Source: an uncultured Planctomycetota bacterium | GTDB taxonomy: Bacteria; Planctomycetota; Planctomycetia; Gemmatales; Gemmataceae | DNA length: 64,000 nt | Direction of reading: 5' to 3' | NCBI GenBank assembly: GCA_963849325.1 | Contig: CAWKHF010000004.1 | Coordinates: forward strand, 352,001 to 416,000 | In this document: one piece after another, positions 11,001 to 22,910 of the stretch | How positions within the stretch are numbered: the first letter of the stretch is position 1 | Layout: every line of letters starts with the position of its first letter | Made by a program: the position numbers and the translations under genes | Notes under the pieces: generated by a model | The model's database searches: none | What the model was told of the DNA's origin: nothing | What the model saw: only the letters and a program-made list of their open reading frames with translations

Positions 11001-14000
11001 AGGCTTGCTGGAAACCAGCGAAGGAGAGCCAGTCTCGATCCGTCGCCGGCACGGAGGACGGCAACCCTCCTCGGATCACCACAGGCATCATCGACCAGAA
11101 CAGCACATAAACGGGCCAGCCTAGCAGCACGAAGTAAAATCCCGCGCCGACCGCTGTCCGTTCGATCGTGCAGGCCAGCAAACCGACTGCGGCCAGTCCG
11201 CCAACGAAGAGCAGGCTCCACGGCAGCGCGAAACGCCGCTGCCTGTACCAGACGACCAATGCCGCCAGGCTCGCCAGCAAGGCCAGCCAGCCCAGCGGCG
11301 AGCCGGCGGCAGCGGACCACGCCGCCCATCCGTTCGTAAGATCGCCGAGAGCGAAGATGGCGACGCCGAGGAGCACGAGCTGCCCCGCCAGGGCCAGGCC
11401 AATCTGCAACCACATCAACGGTGTGGCCGTGGCCGAAGGAACATACTCGGAAGCGTCCGACATTTCCCGCCAGGCATACACCCAGCGCCGGCTCACTTGC
11501 CAGCCCAGCGCCCACAGGGCCGCCGAGAGACTGGCGAGCTGCAACAGGCAAACGATCTCGCTAGTACCCAGGTGACTACCGCCTGTCACCACCGCCAGGG
11601 CGTAGCCGCCGGTCACGCTGACGTTGGCGACGAGGCCGGCTGTGAAGGCATAGACCGGCGAGCGCTCGCGCACCGCATGGCCCACCAATCCGAGCGTGAG
11701 GAGGAGCAGTGGCGTCACGTTCGACACGACCCAGCCCATGTCCGCGAAGATCGAACCCGGTAGGGGGCCGGTGGGACGCATGGCGGCGAAGCCGAGCACC
11801 GCCACCTGTGCCGTCAACAACAGCACGGCGGCGGCGACGACGCCGAGCAACCCATGCGTCCACGGAACGGCGAGCGAATCCGCAGAGTAAGTGATGCCGA
11901 CCGACGCCGACAGGCGCGTCAGCGTATGCCGCAGCCACAGACACGCCGAGCAGGTCAGGTAGCACAGGGCCAACCCCCAGCGGAGCGCCGAGGCCGTCGC
12001 GCACGGGGATGCAAAGGGTCCGGCGGCGAGCACGGGCACCGTCACCGCCAGCACGAGCAGGCCGAGAAGGATACTGGCTCTTCCCCTCTCGCGCAGCGCC
12101 GCCAGAAGCACGAGCGCCAGCACGCCCAGCAGTGCCCAGGCGCCGGGTCCGTAAGCATGGGGTGCCATGGACGGCCAGGCGATCGAGGAGACATAACCGG
12201 CGGGGATCAGCTCGGCGTTGACGCCGGACGCGATGCCCCACAGCGCCAGCGCGAGCTGTCCGACGACGAGAGCGCCGAGCATCACACGGTCCAACGAGGG
12301 CCAGGGAGCTTGCCACAACCCCCGCACGCGCGGGTTGGCCGACAGGCCGGCGCGGGCGATGGTCCAGCCGAGGCCGAGCAAGCCCAGACCGAGGCCATAC
12401 GCCTGCAAACTTCGCGGATCGAACCAGTCCTGTTGTTCGGGAAGCCAAGCCGTGACCGCGAAGACGACGGCCGTGCTCAGGGCGGCCTGAAACGCCGTGA
12501 ACCAGGCCGGCGAACGCTGCATCCAGGCGACGATCAACCAGAGGACGGCGAGCCAAAGCGTGTACCCGGCGAGCGTCAGCGGCGTGACTCCGGGCAGAAG
12601 CAGCAGCGGCACGGCCAGCAGGGATGTCAGTTGGGCCGATTGCTCCAACGGCGCGCGGAGGGGAGAGTTGTCGTCCTCGCCACGGCTTTGCACGACAATC
12701 GCGCCAAGCAGGACAAGCGTAGCGTGAGTCAGCAGGGCCATCAGCAGCGGGCGCGGCACCGCCAGGGTGGCGAGATCCCAGATCCAGAGATGAGCCAAGG
12801 CGGCGAAGATCAACGTCGATCCGAGCCAGGCCAGCTCGCGGCGGCGGAGGACATGAGCGAGCAGGAACGCCGTTACGGCGAGGACGGCCGAGGTGCCGGT
12901 GTGAAGTTCCTGAGCGGGGAAACCCGGCGTGAGCAGGGCCAGCACGAGAGCGAGTACGGCCACAACAGCAGCGACATCGCGGCAGGCGCCTCGGAGCGAA
13001 TGCGGCCGCAAGGCGACCATCGCCAGGACGGCGGACTCCAGGGCCAGGATAAAGCTCCAGAGCGCGAGATTATCGGGCGCGATTGCCCACAATCCCCACA
13101 GGCTGGCGGCGGCGAGCAGACCCAGGCCGGTATACGGCAAAGCAGGGCGGCGCCAGCGGACGTACATCGCCAGGGCACAGGCCCCGGCCAAACCGTCTGC
13201 CAGCGCGGCGGACCCGGCGAATCGATCCCATGCCATGCCGTTGTCAGCAGAGCGATCATCCCAAGAGCCAGGCAGCCGAGCGCGTAGGCGGAGGCATGAA
13301 GGCGTTGGTTGGCGCGAGCAAGTCCCTCAGAGCCAGCGGCCAGGAGCAGCATGAGCACGGCCATCGTGACACCGCTCGACGGCGACAGCAGTTGACGAGC
13401 GAGCCACCAGCCGGGGGCCGTTTCCGGGGCAGCCACAAGGCCGCCCAGTGTAAACGTGACGGCGATCAGCACGGCCAGCGCCGCGCAGGGCAGGGCGACG
13501 GCATGGGCGAAGTGTTCCTGCCAGCGGAAAGCGACAGCGCTGAGGATGACGGCGTTGACGAGACAGACGAGGAACACCGCCAGAGGCTGCGGCCAGGCCA
13601 GGGCGACGGCCGACAGCATGATCGCCAGGCCGGTGAAGGCAACAGCCGTGCCCGCCGTGCGCGGCGCGGCATTCTCCTCCCTGGGCAGCCCACGGCGGAC
13701 CAGCAGACCCCCGGCCAGAATCGGCACCCCCGCCAGGGTCAACGGCACGGCCAGGCGCGGCAGCGCGGCCGCGAGGTCGGGGCTGCGCGACAGCAGAAAA
13801 CCGAGGGCGACGAACAGGGCGAAGCTCGCCAGGCCAAGAAACACGAACAGGGCGTTGACCTGACGAACCTCCAGGCGCTGGTTCTCGGTTCGCGCCCGCG
13901 CGCGAGCAAGTCCGGCGACGACGGCGCCGCACGCCAGCACCTGACAGGCGACCGGCACACAGCCCAGGACGACGAAGAGGACCGGATGCGGTTCGTCGAG

Positions 14001-15354
14001 CAGACGCGGCACGATCAATTGACTCCCGGCGGCGCCGACGATGGCCAGCATGAACAGCCAACGGCGATCGATCGGACCAGGCAAGACGCCGACGCCGATC
14101 AGATCGCGTCCGGCCAGGCGAATCATGCCCAGCGACAGAAACACGGCGGCCGACTTGAACGCCCATTCGAGCGCGGAATGGGCGTGTCCAAGCGAGGGGT
14201 CAGCGAGGACCAGCAAATTGAGCGGCACCAGCAAGAGGGCGATGACCAGCAGACCGCGGCTGGTGGATTCGAGCTTCCAGTGATGCAGCGTGTATTCACC
14301 GGCGCCGAACAGGGCGGCGGTGATGCAGGCGAAGATGAGGAAGGGGAAATACGGCAGTTCTTCCAGGCTGTGCCAGAGCGTGATGACCAGCGCGATGGAA
14401 CAGCCGACGATGAGCAGACCGCCGGTCAACTCGCCCCACAGGATGTTGCGCTCCTCCATGAACGCCGCCAGCACGTTCGTCAGCGACCGGCGCGGCCGGC
14501 GCGGGGCCGTAATCACCGGCGGCACGACCGGGATCGGGGCAGCGGATACGGAGCGGACAGCGACCGGAGAAGGCCGGACGGGAAGTCGCTTCGAGGACTT
14601 CGGCCGGTTCGACCACGGCGACGGCCGACGGCGCCTGTACGGACTCATCCACCCGGCCGAGCTGCGCCCGCGCCTCTTCGTACTCCGTCACCGACAGGAC
14701 GCCGGCGAGCGCCAGACGAAAGAAACGGTGAGCCAGATCGACTTGATCTTCGTGGAGGGCAAGGCGTCCGGCCTCCAGGGCCACCTGTGCGTGGCCGTCC
14801 AACTCGGGATGTTCGTCGAGCAGGCGGCGGTAGGTGTGGAGGGCGTGCGAAGTCATGCCGGCCAGGGCGAGCAGACGTGCCAGGGCCAGCAGCGTCGGCG
14901 GCTTCAGCGTGGCCCGCTGGCTGTTATTCAGCTGGCGATAACAGGCCAGAGCCTCTTGCCGGCGTTGGAGGGGCAAGTCGCGCGGATGGACCCCCTGTCC
15001 CAGCAACTCTTCGAGCTGGGCCACGGAACCGGCCGGTGCCAGGGGCGCCGGCTTCACAATGGGGGCGGTGTATTGCGGTCGCAGAGACCGGCGCCGGGCT
15101 TCCAGGCATTGCTCCAGGCGGTCAACGGTGGCTTGATCCAGTTCCCCGTTAGCCAACAAAGAGCGGATCGTCCGAGTTGTTATCTCCAGTTCGCGCAAGG
15201 GGAGATCGTCCGGGCGTTCGCGGACAGGCTCGACGTGCTGCCGGCGCGGCCCCGAAAACACGAGCCGGACCAGGGCGGCGACAGCCAGCCACATAAGATG
15301 GCCGACCACCATGACGAAGGCGAGAATCAGGATGAAGATGAGCAGAGCATCCAC
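8020..15354 (-). CDS. Giant polytopic membrane protein (~2400 aa), about 4 frameshifts
   Basis: AGGAGG RBS then GTG at 15354. Hydrophobic coding continues across ORFs 14296-15465, 12873-14648, 8020-13236 and 8559-9548, with dozens of TM-like segments. No catalytic motif recognised. Confidence 0.8.
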
Positions 15355-15371
15355 GTGGAAACTCCTCCTCA

Positions 15372-15534
15372 TCTGAGTTCTGAGTTCTGAGTTCTGAGTG
15401 AAAACAGAACTCAGGACTTTGGGAACGGCCCTGGATTCAAGGCACGGAGGCGGCGTTCCTGTCACGCTCCTTCAAGTTCGGAATTCTGAGTCAAGCATAC
15501 AATACTCAGAACTCAGAACTCAGAACTCAGAACT
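15372..15534. repeat. Inverted 7-mer tandem arrays (CTGAGTT)n ... (ACTCAGA)n spanning a divergent promoter region
   Basis: ctgagttctgagttctgagttctgag at about 15372-15398 and ctcagaactcagaactcagaactcagaact at about 15505-15534, with degenerate copies between. Confidence 0.9.
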
Positions 15535-15539
15535 TTGCA

Positions 15540-15568
15540 GCAATCCGGCACTCCCCAGTCCTCGTCTA
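15540..15568 (+). promoter_or_regulatory. Possible autoregulatory ECF promoter
   Basis: GCAATC-N17-CGTCTA 13 nt before the sigma start; resembles the AAC/CGT ECF consensus; not verified. Confidence 0.3.
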
Positions 15569-15581
15569 GAAGGGTGACGGT

Positions 15582-16136
15582 ATGAGCAGACCTGCCACGC
15601 CTGCGTATAACCTGGCGACAAGCGACGGTCCCGTGCAGCCCAACCCCGGCGAGATCTTGCTGCGCACCTTCACGGACCTGCGCGACGAGCTGGTCAGCAC
15701 GCTCTGTTTCCTCCTGGGCAACGCCGACGACGCCCAGGACGTGGCGCAAGAGGCGTTCCTGCGCTGTTGGCGGACGCAGGAGGGCTTGCCCGAGGTGCAG
15801 AACCTGCGGGCCTGGATCTTTCGCGTGGGCCTGAACGCCGCCAAGGATCTGCAGCGCAGCGCCTGGCGTCGCCGGGTCAAACCGCTGCTGGGGGCCGATG
15901 CCATGCCGACGACGGAGACCGCCTCGCCGCTGAGCAGCCTGGAAGACCAGGAAACCCTGCAGCGCCTGCGGCAAGCCGTCTTGCACCTGCGGCCCGAGGA
16001 GAAGGAAGTTTTCCTCCTGCGCCAGAACGGCGAACTGACCTACGAACAGATCGCCGAGCTGTACGACCGCCCCGTGGGGACGGTCAAGACCCAGATGCGC
16101 ACCGCCCTCCAGAAGCTGCGCAAGATCCTGACCTGA
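15582..16136 (+). CDS. ECF (sigma-70 group 4) sigma factor
   Basis: DAQDVAQEAFLRCW, LRAWIFRVGLN, LTYEQIAE..RPVGTVKTQMRTALQKLR. Confidence 0.95.
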   Translation: MSRPATPAYNLATSDGPVQPNPGEILLRTFTDLRDELVSTLCFLLGNADDAQDVAQEAFLRCWRTQEGLPEVQNLRAWIFRVGLNAAKDLQRSAWRRRVKPLLGADAMPTTETASPLSSLEDQETLQRLRQAVLHLRPEEKEVFLLRQNGELTYEQIAELYDRPVGTVKTQMRTALQKLRKILT

Positions 16137-16222
16137 CCTCCCTCGATGAGATCCCCCGGACCCGACTTTTATTCCCTCGCGTCGGGCCGAAGGACGATGA
16201 TGACCGCCGACCGGAGTAGACC

Positions 16223-19200
16223 ATGCTCAGCTGCGAAACGTGCCGCCCTCAGATGCTCGAATACCTCTACGACCTGCTCGAAAGCGACGAGCGTCAGGCA
16301 TTGGAGACCCATCTAAACGACTGCCCGGCCTGTCAGGCGGAGTTGGTCAAGGCCCGGGGCCAGCAACAACTCTTGGCGGCGGCCGCGAAGATGGACTTCC
16401 CCGAGGTACGTTTCACGCCTCCGGCCATCCAGCAGGGACCGCCCGCCCAGCGTGAAGCGGTCCTTTTGCCGCGCCAGCGTCGTCCTCGTCACGGACGCCG
16501 CTGGGCCGCTGCGGCGGCCGTGTTGCTCCTCCTCGGTGGGGCCGCTCCCGCCGTCTGGTTTGCCCACGATTACCACCGCACCCAGGAGATCGTCACGCAA
16601 GGCCGGCTCCGCATCGAGCAGGCGATGAAAGAGAGCGCCGCCGTCCAGACGCAGCTCGCTCGGCTGCCCGAGGAAAAGGACAGGCGGAAGGAAGCGATCC
16701 TCAACGCCCAGCGCGATTCGCAGCTCCAGGTGAAGGTGCAAGGCCCCGCCACGATGCGCGTCGGTGCGCCGACCGACTACCAGATTGAAACGGCGAACCT
16801 CAACGGCCAGCCGACGGCGGCGAAGGTGTCGGTGGAAGTGAAGGACCACGGCCAGCCGATCGGCAAGCCGATCGCGGTCGCCGCCGCCGCGCCGGGTGTG
16901 TACCGATTGACGTTGCCGGCGGATCTGCCGGTGCGGCCCGGCAGTCAGCCGGCCCTCGTGGTGTCCGCTCGCCGCGACAACGGCTCGCAGGCCGAGCTGC
17001 GCGAGGAGCTGCAGCTGGCCGCCCCCGTTTACGTCACGCACCTGGAGATCGACAAGCCGATGTATCAGCTCGGCGAGACGGTCCACTTCCGCTCGCTGAC
17101 CCTGGACCGATTCAGCCTCACGCCGGCCGAGCAGGACCTGAACGTGCAATACGTCCTGACGCTGCCCAGCGGTGAGCAGCGCGTCGTCGCGGGGGGCCGA
17201 ACGGCCGTGTATGCCGAGGGATCGGCCGCCGGCAAGGAACTGCTGGGACCGGACCAGAAACCACTGCGCGGCATCGGCGCGGGGTCGTTCCCTATCGACG
17301 CGGGCTGGAGCGGCGGCGAGTATGCGCTGACGGTGCGCGAGGTCAACGGCCGTTGTCCCGAGCAGCGCCGCAAGTTCCTCGTCAACAAGTACGAGAGGCC
17401 GCATCTGAACAAGGAGCTGGATTTCAGCCGCAAGTCTTACGGGCCCGGCGACGAGGTCACCGCCCGCTGCAAGGCGAAGTACCTCGACGGTCGGCCCGTC
17501 AAGAACTGCACCGTCCGGGCCAGCGTCAAGATCGACGGCCAATCCTACGGAGCGGACGGCAAGGACGGCGGAGCGTTCGCGTTCCAGACCGATGACGAAG
17601 GCGCCGTCAACGTCCGCTTCCAGCTGCCGGCGCAGATCGAGCGCGGCCTGGGCAGTGTCTCCGTCGAGTTCGCCGACCGGGCCATGCCGGATACGCTCGT
17701 CCGGCCCATCCCGATCGTGCTGAAAAAGCTGGACGTGGAGTTCTGCCCCGAGGGCGGCGACCTGGTGGCCGGCCTGCGCAACCGCGTGTATTTCCAGGTG
17801 CGCAGCACGCTCGGCAAGCCCGCCGACTTGCGCGGGCAGCTGCTCGAAGACGGCAAGCCGCTCGGCGTGACGGTCGAGACGCTGGCGAGCGAGAAGGATC
17901 CCGAACTGAACCAGGGCATGGGCCGCTTCGAGTTCACGCCGCGGACCGGACACAAGTACGAGCTGAAAGTCGAATCGCCGGTCGGTGTCACGCAGCCTTA
18001 TCCAGCTGCCGGCCGTGTCGGCCGGACGGCGTGGTGCTGAGCATGCCGCAAGGCGTGGTCCGCGCCGAGGAGGCGATCCCGGTGATCGGTGCGCAGCGCG
18101 GCGAAACGCTCGCTGCTGGTCGGCGCCTACTGCCGTGGCCGACTGCTCGATTCGACCGAGCTGGGCGCGGTCCACTTCCACGGCAATGAGGCCCGTGCGG
18201 TGCTCCAGCCGGCGAGCGGGGCTGGCGGCGTGTGCCGCGTGACCGTGTTCGAGGTGCTGCCCGGCGACGCGGCGCGGCGGACGCTGCAAGCCGGTGGCGG
18301 AACGGCTCATCTATCGCCGACCGGCCGAGCACGTGCAGCTCGCCCTCAAGCCGGACCAGAAGACCTATGTGCCGCGACAAACCGTGAAGCTGGGCGTCGA
18401 GGCGACGACGGAGAAGGGTGAGCCGGCGCCGGCGGTGGTGCTGCTGCGCGTGGTCGATAAGAGCGTGGTGACGCTGGCCGACGACAAGACGCTGCGGGCC
18501 ATGCCGACGCATTTCCTGCTGACGACGGAAGTGCGCCGCCCCGAGGATCTGGAGTACGCCGACTTCCTGCTGGGGCCGCATCCGCGCGCGGCCGAGGCGC
18601 TGGACCTGCTGCTGGGCACGCAGGGCTGGCGCCGCTTCGCCGAGCAGGATCCGGGCAAGTTCCGCAATGAGCAGAAGGAGGAGGCGGAGCGGCTGCTGGT
18701 GACCATCGGCCAGTCCCAGCCGCGAATGACGGACCTGACCGAGCAGGAACTGGCCCGCGTCGAGGAGGAATACGCTCGCCGCACCGCCGAGTTGAGGGAC
18801 CAGGCGGCCCAGGCCGGCAAGGACGAGGAGGACGCCCGCAAGGACACGGACTATCGTGCCGCCCTGGTCAAGCTGGCTGCCGACGACGACTTCATCGACC
18901 GGGCGCGTCTGGTGGGTGCCCCGGTGCTGGGTGCGCTGCTCGTGGTGGCGGCGGTCGTCTTCCTGCTGCTGGGTCTGTTCCGCAAGCTGGCTCGCGCCCT
19001 GCCGTATTACGCCGCCACGACCGCGCTGTGCGGTTGTTGTCGTGTTGCTGGCGAAGGCGAATCTGAGACTTCGAGCCGCTGGCCCCGCGTCATGCCCATC
19101 ACGAGGTCGCCCGGATGGCCCAGCGCCTGCGCCGGACGTGGAGGAGAGGAAGGAGGCGGAAAAGCTGGCCGAGAAGGCGGAGCGAGGGGACTTTGACAAG

Positions 19201-21815
19201 AACCAACCCATCAAGAAGGCCAAGATAATAAGACAGGAAGCCGCCATGCCCGCGGCGCCAGCGCTGGACGGCGCCAAGCCAGGCGGCATGCCGCTGCCCA
19301 TGATGGTGGGGGGGATGGCCAATGATCAGGCGCATGGCCGGGGTGCTTTCCGTCCACAGATGCAGGACGCGGAAGGCAAGGGGATGGCTTTGCGGAAACA
19401 GTTCGAGTTCCGCGGCCTGGAGAAGCAGAAGGACGCAGCGCCGCCTTCGGAATCCAGAAGGACGTGCCGATGGCCAAGGAGAAGGCCGACGGCTTCGCAC
19501 TCCCGGCGATGAGGAACGCGGAAAACCTGATGCGCGACAAGCGGATGCCGGCCCGCCCGCGGCGAACTGCTCGGCCGAAGGTTCATGGGCGCGGGCGACA
19601 AGAAGCCAATGGCCTGGCCGGCCATGCCGGTGCGCGTGTTCGCCCACGCCCGTGCCAGCGGCCCCGCCGAGGTGCGCTACGACTTCGCCGAGACGCTGTA
19701 CTGGCACCCCGTCCTCGTGCTGCCCGGCGGCAAGGCGGACGTGTCCTTCGACCTGTGCGATTCGCTGGGCGCCTTCGAGGTGACGGCCTTCGCCCACACG
19801 CTGGACGGCCGGCTCGGCTCGGCCACGCAGACGCTCACCGTCGCGTCTGCCGTTCACCGTCGCAGCCGCGCACGCCGCTGGAGGTGACGGCCGGCGACAA
19901 GATCGACATCGCCCTGGCCGTCGCCAACAACACCGGCGAGGGCCGCACCGCCCACGTCTCCGTCACGGAGCACGCCAACCTGTCCCTCCTCAGCGGCACG
20001 CCCGCTACGGACGTGTCGGTGCCCGCCGAGTCGTCGGTCCGCAAGCTGTATCGCTTCCGGCCGACGGTCCAGGAGGGCACGGCCACGCTGACCTTCACCG
20101 GCAAGGCCGATGGGTTCCCCGCCGACAGCGTGCGCACGACCTTCCGCATCGTGCCCGAGGGCTTCCCCATCGTCGCCGCGCACAGCGACGTGCTGGAGAA
20201 GTCGGCCTTGACGGACGTGGTGCTGCCCCAACCTGGATCAAGGGCACTCTCGAAATGCCAGGTCCAGGTCTATCCCTCCACGCTGGCCGATCTGCAAAAG
20301 GGCCTGGAAGGGCTGCTGCGCGAGCCGGGCGGCTGCTTCGAGCAGACCTCGACGAGCAACTATCCGAACCTGCTCATCCTGCGACTATCTCAAGGAGAGC
20401 GATCAGGCCAAGCCGGAAGTCGAACGCCGCGCCCGCGAGCTGCTCGACCGCGGCTATCAGAAGCTGACCTCGTTTGAGTGTACCAACACGGCCAAGCACA
20501 CGAAGGAAGGCTACGAGTGGTTCGGCGGCACCGCTCCGGCCCACGAGGCGCTGACGGCCTACGGCCTGATGGAGTTCCGCGACATGGCCCGCGTCCACGA
20601 GGTCGATCCGGCCATGCTGAAGCGGACGCAGCAGTATCTGCTCGATCAGCGCGACGGCAAGGGCGGCTTCAAGCGCAATGCCCGCGCCCTCGACACGTTC
20701 GGCCGCGCTCCCGAGCACATCACCAACGCCTACATCGTCTGGGCGCTGACCGAGGGCGGCAAGGACGACGACATCACCAAGGAACTGAACGCCCTGCAGC
20801 GAACAGGCGAAGACGTCGAAAGATCCTTATTTCCTCGCTCTTGTCGCCAATAGCCTCATCAACCGGGCGAAGACGGCCGACGCCGCGGTCCTGCTCCACA
20901 AGGCGGCCGAGCTGCAAAAGGCCGACGGCCATCTCGACGCCGAGCAGACGAGCATCACCGGCTCGGGCGGCCGCGACTTGCAGATCGAGACGACGGCCCT
21001 GGCGGTGCTCGGCTGGCTGAAGGCCAACCCCGGCGAGTTCAACGCCGCATCCAGAAGGCGATCCACTGGATCGGCCAGCAGCGCGGCGGCTACGGCGGCT
21101 TCGGCTCGACGCAATCGACCATCCTGGCGCTGAAGGCGCTGATCCTGTACACCAAGGCCAACAAGAAGACGCCGGAAGCGGGCGAGCTGCGGCTGTTCGT
21201 CGGCGAGAAGCAAGTCGCCGCGCTGCCGTTCGCCGCCGGCGCGACGGAGACGCTGACCCTGAAGGTGCCCGACGCCGAGACGACGTTGAAGCCGGGCAAG
21301 AACCCGGTGCGCGTCGAGATCACCGGCAAGAACGTCTTCCCGTACACGCTGACCTGGTCGTATCAGACGCGGCAGCCGGCCAGCGCCGACAACTGCCCGG
21401 TGAAGCTGGCGACGAAGCTCGACCGCACCGAGGCCCGCGAGGGCGAGACGGTGCAGCTGAACGTCCGCGTCGAGAACGCGCAGCGGCAAGGGCCAGGGCA
21501 TGACGGTGGCCATCCTCGGCCTGCCCGGCGGCCTGACCATCCCGGAGGACATGAAGCAACTGAAGGACTACACGCGGCAGCCGACGGACGGCGAAGCGGC
21601 CGCTGGTGAGTTACTTCGAGATCCGCGGCCGCGAGCTGGTGCTGTACTGGCGCGACCTGGCTCCGGACCAGAAGATCGAGGTGCCGATCGACCTGATTTG
21701 CCGCGTGCCGGGCGAGTACAGCGGCCCCGCCAGCCGGGCGTATCTGTACTACAACGCCGACCGCAAGCACTGGGTCGAGCCGCTGAAAATCGGCATCGCG
21801 GCCAAAGCGGAGTGA
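16223..21815 (+). CDS. zf-HC2 anti-sigma domain fused to thioester alpha-2-macroglobulin family protein (~1860 aa, >10 frameshifts)
   Basis: N-terminal HLNDCPAC then TM. MG2 motif DKPMYQLGETVHFR; EFCPEGGDLVAG; VVDKSV; DLLLGTQGWRRF; FAETLYWHP; thioester GCFEQ (20331-20345); GYEWFGG; ALTAYGL; FGSTQSTILALKAL; ASRAYLYY. Confidence 0.88.
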
Positions 21816-21891
21816 GCGCAACAGCGCTGGCAACCAAGAAAGGACAGCCGAATCGGGATACCTATGCTATCCTGGCACAGAGGAGGGAGTC

Positions 21892-22047
21892 ATGATCGAA
21901 CTCACCTACCTTTCCGATGACGCCGAATGGACGGAAGACGAGCTGCGACTCCAGTTGGCCCGATCCGCCAAGGAGAATGGCTGGGACGAAGCGGGTATGG
22001 AGGACTACGACCGTTACGATGAGGAACGGCGCAAGCGATGTCCGTAA
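21892..22047 (+). CDS. Small acidic protein (51 aa), probable antitoxin
   Basis: GAGGAGGG RBS; MIELTYLSDDAEWTEDEL..GWDEAGMEDYDRYDEERRKRCP; overlaps the start of the next ORF like a TA pair. Confidence 0.5.
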   Translation: MIELTYLSDDAEWTEDELRLQLARSAKENGWDEAGMEDYDRYDEERRKRCP

Positions 22048-22109
22048 ACTGCGACGACGTCATCCTGACCTATGTGTCGAACGTCGGTAGTCCCAACGGC
22101 AGGGGCTAG
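22038..22109 (+). pseudogene. Truncated PemK/MazF-like toxin N-terminus
   Basis: MSVNCDDVILTYVSNVGSPNGRG* resembles the MazF start (xxRGDVxLx..P...G) but stops before the KxRP motif, at the 3' end of the opposite-strand gene. Confidence 0.4.
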
Positions 22110-22840
22110 GGCGCCCTCGCCCACTCCAAGACGACCGGCAGCCTGAGTTGTGCTTCTCGAACCCTCTCGATGCGCTTGGGAATATTTCGTATGGCCTCTT
22201 GTTCCCACCGTATATTCTCCGCGACAACCCTCTTACGCCCTTCGAGAGATTCTCGCATGACCGGATCGTCGGGTATCGGCTCCTGGTTCAGGCGTGCCAG
22301 GCGGGCTTCCAGATAACGAACCGATTTCATCGCTCGTTCTTGCATCTTCTTGAGCTGCACCTCCAGAGCCTTGCCTCTCCCCCTGGCGAAAAACGCCTTG
22401 TCCCAGGCCCGGACCACAGCGTTGATGAAGGCAGCCTGCTCCTCAGCACTGCCATCGACCAACGAAACCCGGACGATGCCCTGTTTTCCCGCCAGTACGG
22501 GCCGCAAGACTTCCGGCTCATCCAATAGCTCGACCCGCAGGGTGTTCTTCAGCCATCGCTTGCCGCGCCAGAAGCCCAGGAAATTAGCGACAGCGGGATC
22601 TTCTAGGGCAGGCTGAAGGACGTTTTCCTCGTCGCGAAATTCACTCGCGCGGAATTGGAACACTTCGGCGCGGTCCTTCCCTTCTCTATACGGCGAGAAG
22701 CGAATGGGATCGCCGAGCCACACCAAGGCGTACACGGTCGGTTCCTTTGTCTTGCCAGTTCGCGCCAAGTCGAAGCAGCCGCAAGATCCGGACAGGGAAG
22801 CAGCGAATACCAGAAAGATCGGTAGCTGGAAGCGGACCAT
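22106..22840 (-). CDS. Exported coiled-coil hypothetical protein, resembling a Wzc/Wzz periplasmic segment
   Basis: GGAGG RBS, hydrophobic N-terminus with Cys, IVRVSL..EQAAFINAVVRAW followed by a coiled coil. Confidence 0.55.
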   Translation of the reverse strand: MVRFQLPIFLVFAASLSGSCGCFDLARTGKTKEPTVYALVWLGDPIRFSPYREGKDRAEVFQFRASEFRDEENVLQPALEDPAVANFLGFWRGKRWLKNTLRVELLDEPEVLRPVLAGKQGIVRVSLVDGSAEEQAAFINAVVRAWDKAFFARGRGKALEVQLKKMQERAMKSVRYLEARLARLNQEPIPDDPVMRESLEGRKRVVAENIRWEQEAIRNIPKRIERVREAQLRLPVVLEWARAP

Positions 22841-22910
22841 GACAGACCTCCGCGATGGAAATGCCCGGAACGCAAACCCGGCCGCTACACGCGCCAGATA
22901 ATGAGTCAAG

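Noticed and set aside
16223-21815. Programmed frameshifting or phase variation in the A2M and other split genes
   Set aside because: Breaks are numerous, lack a shared slippery motif and occur in unrelated genes; sequencing indels explain them more simply
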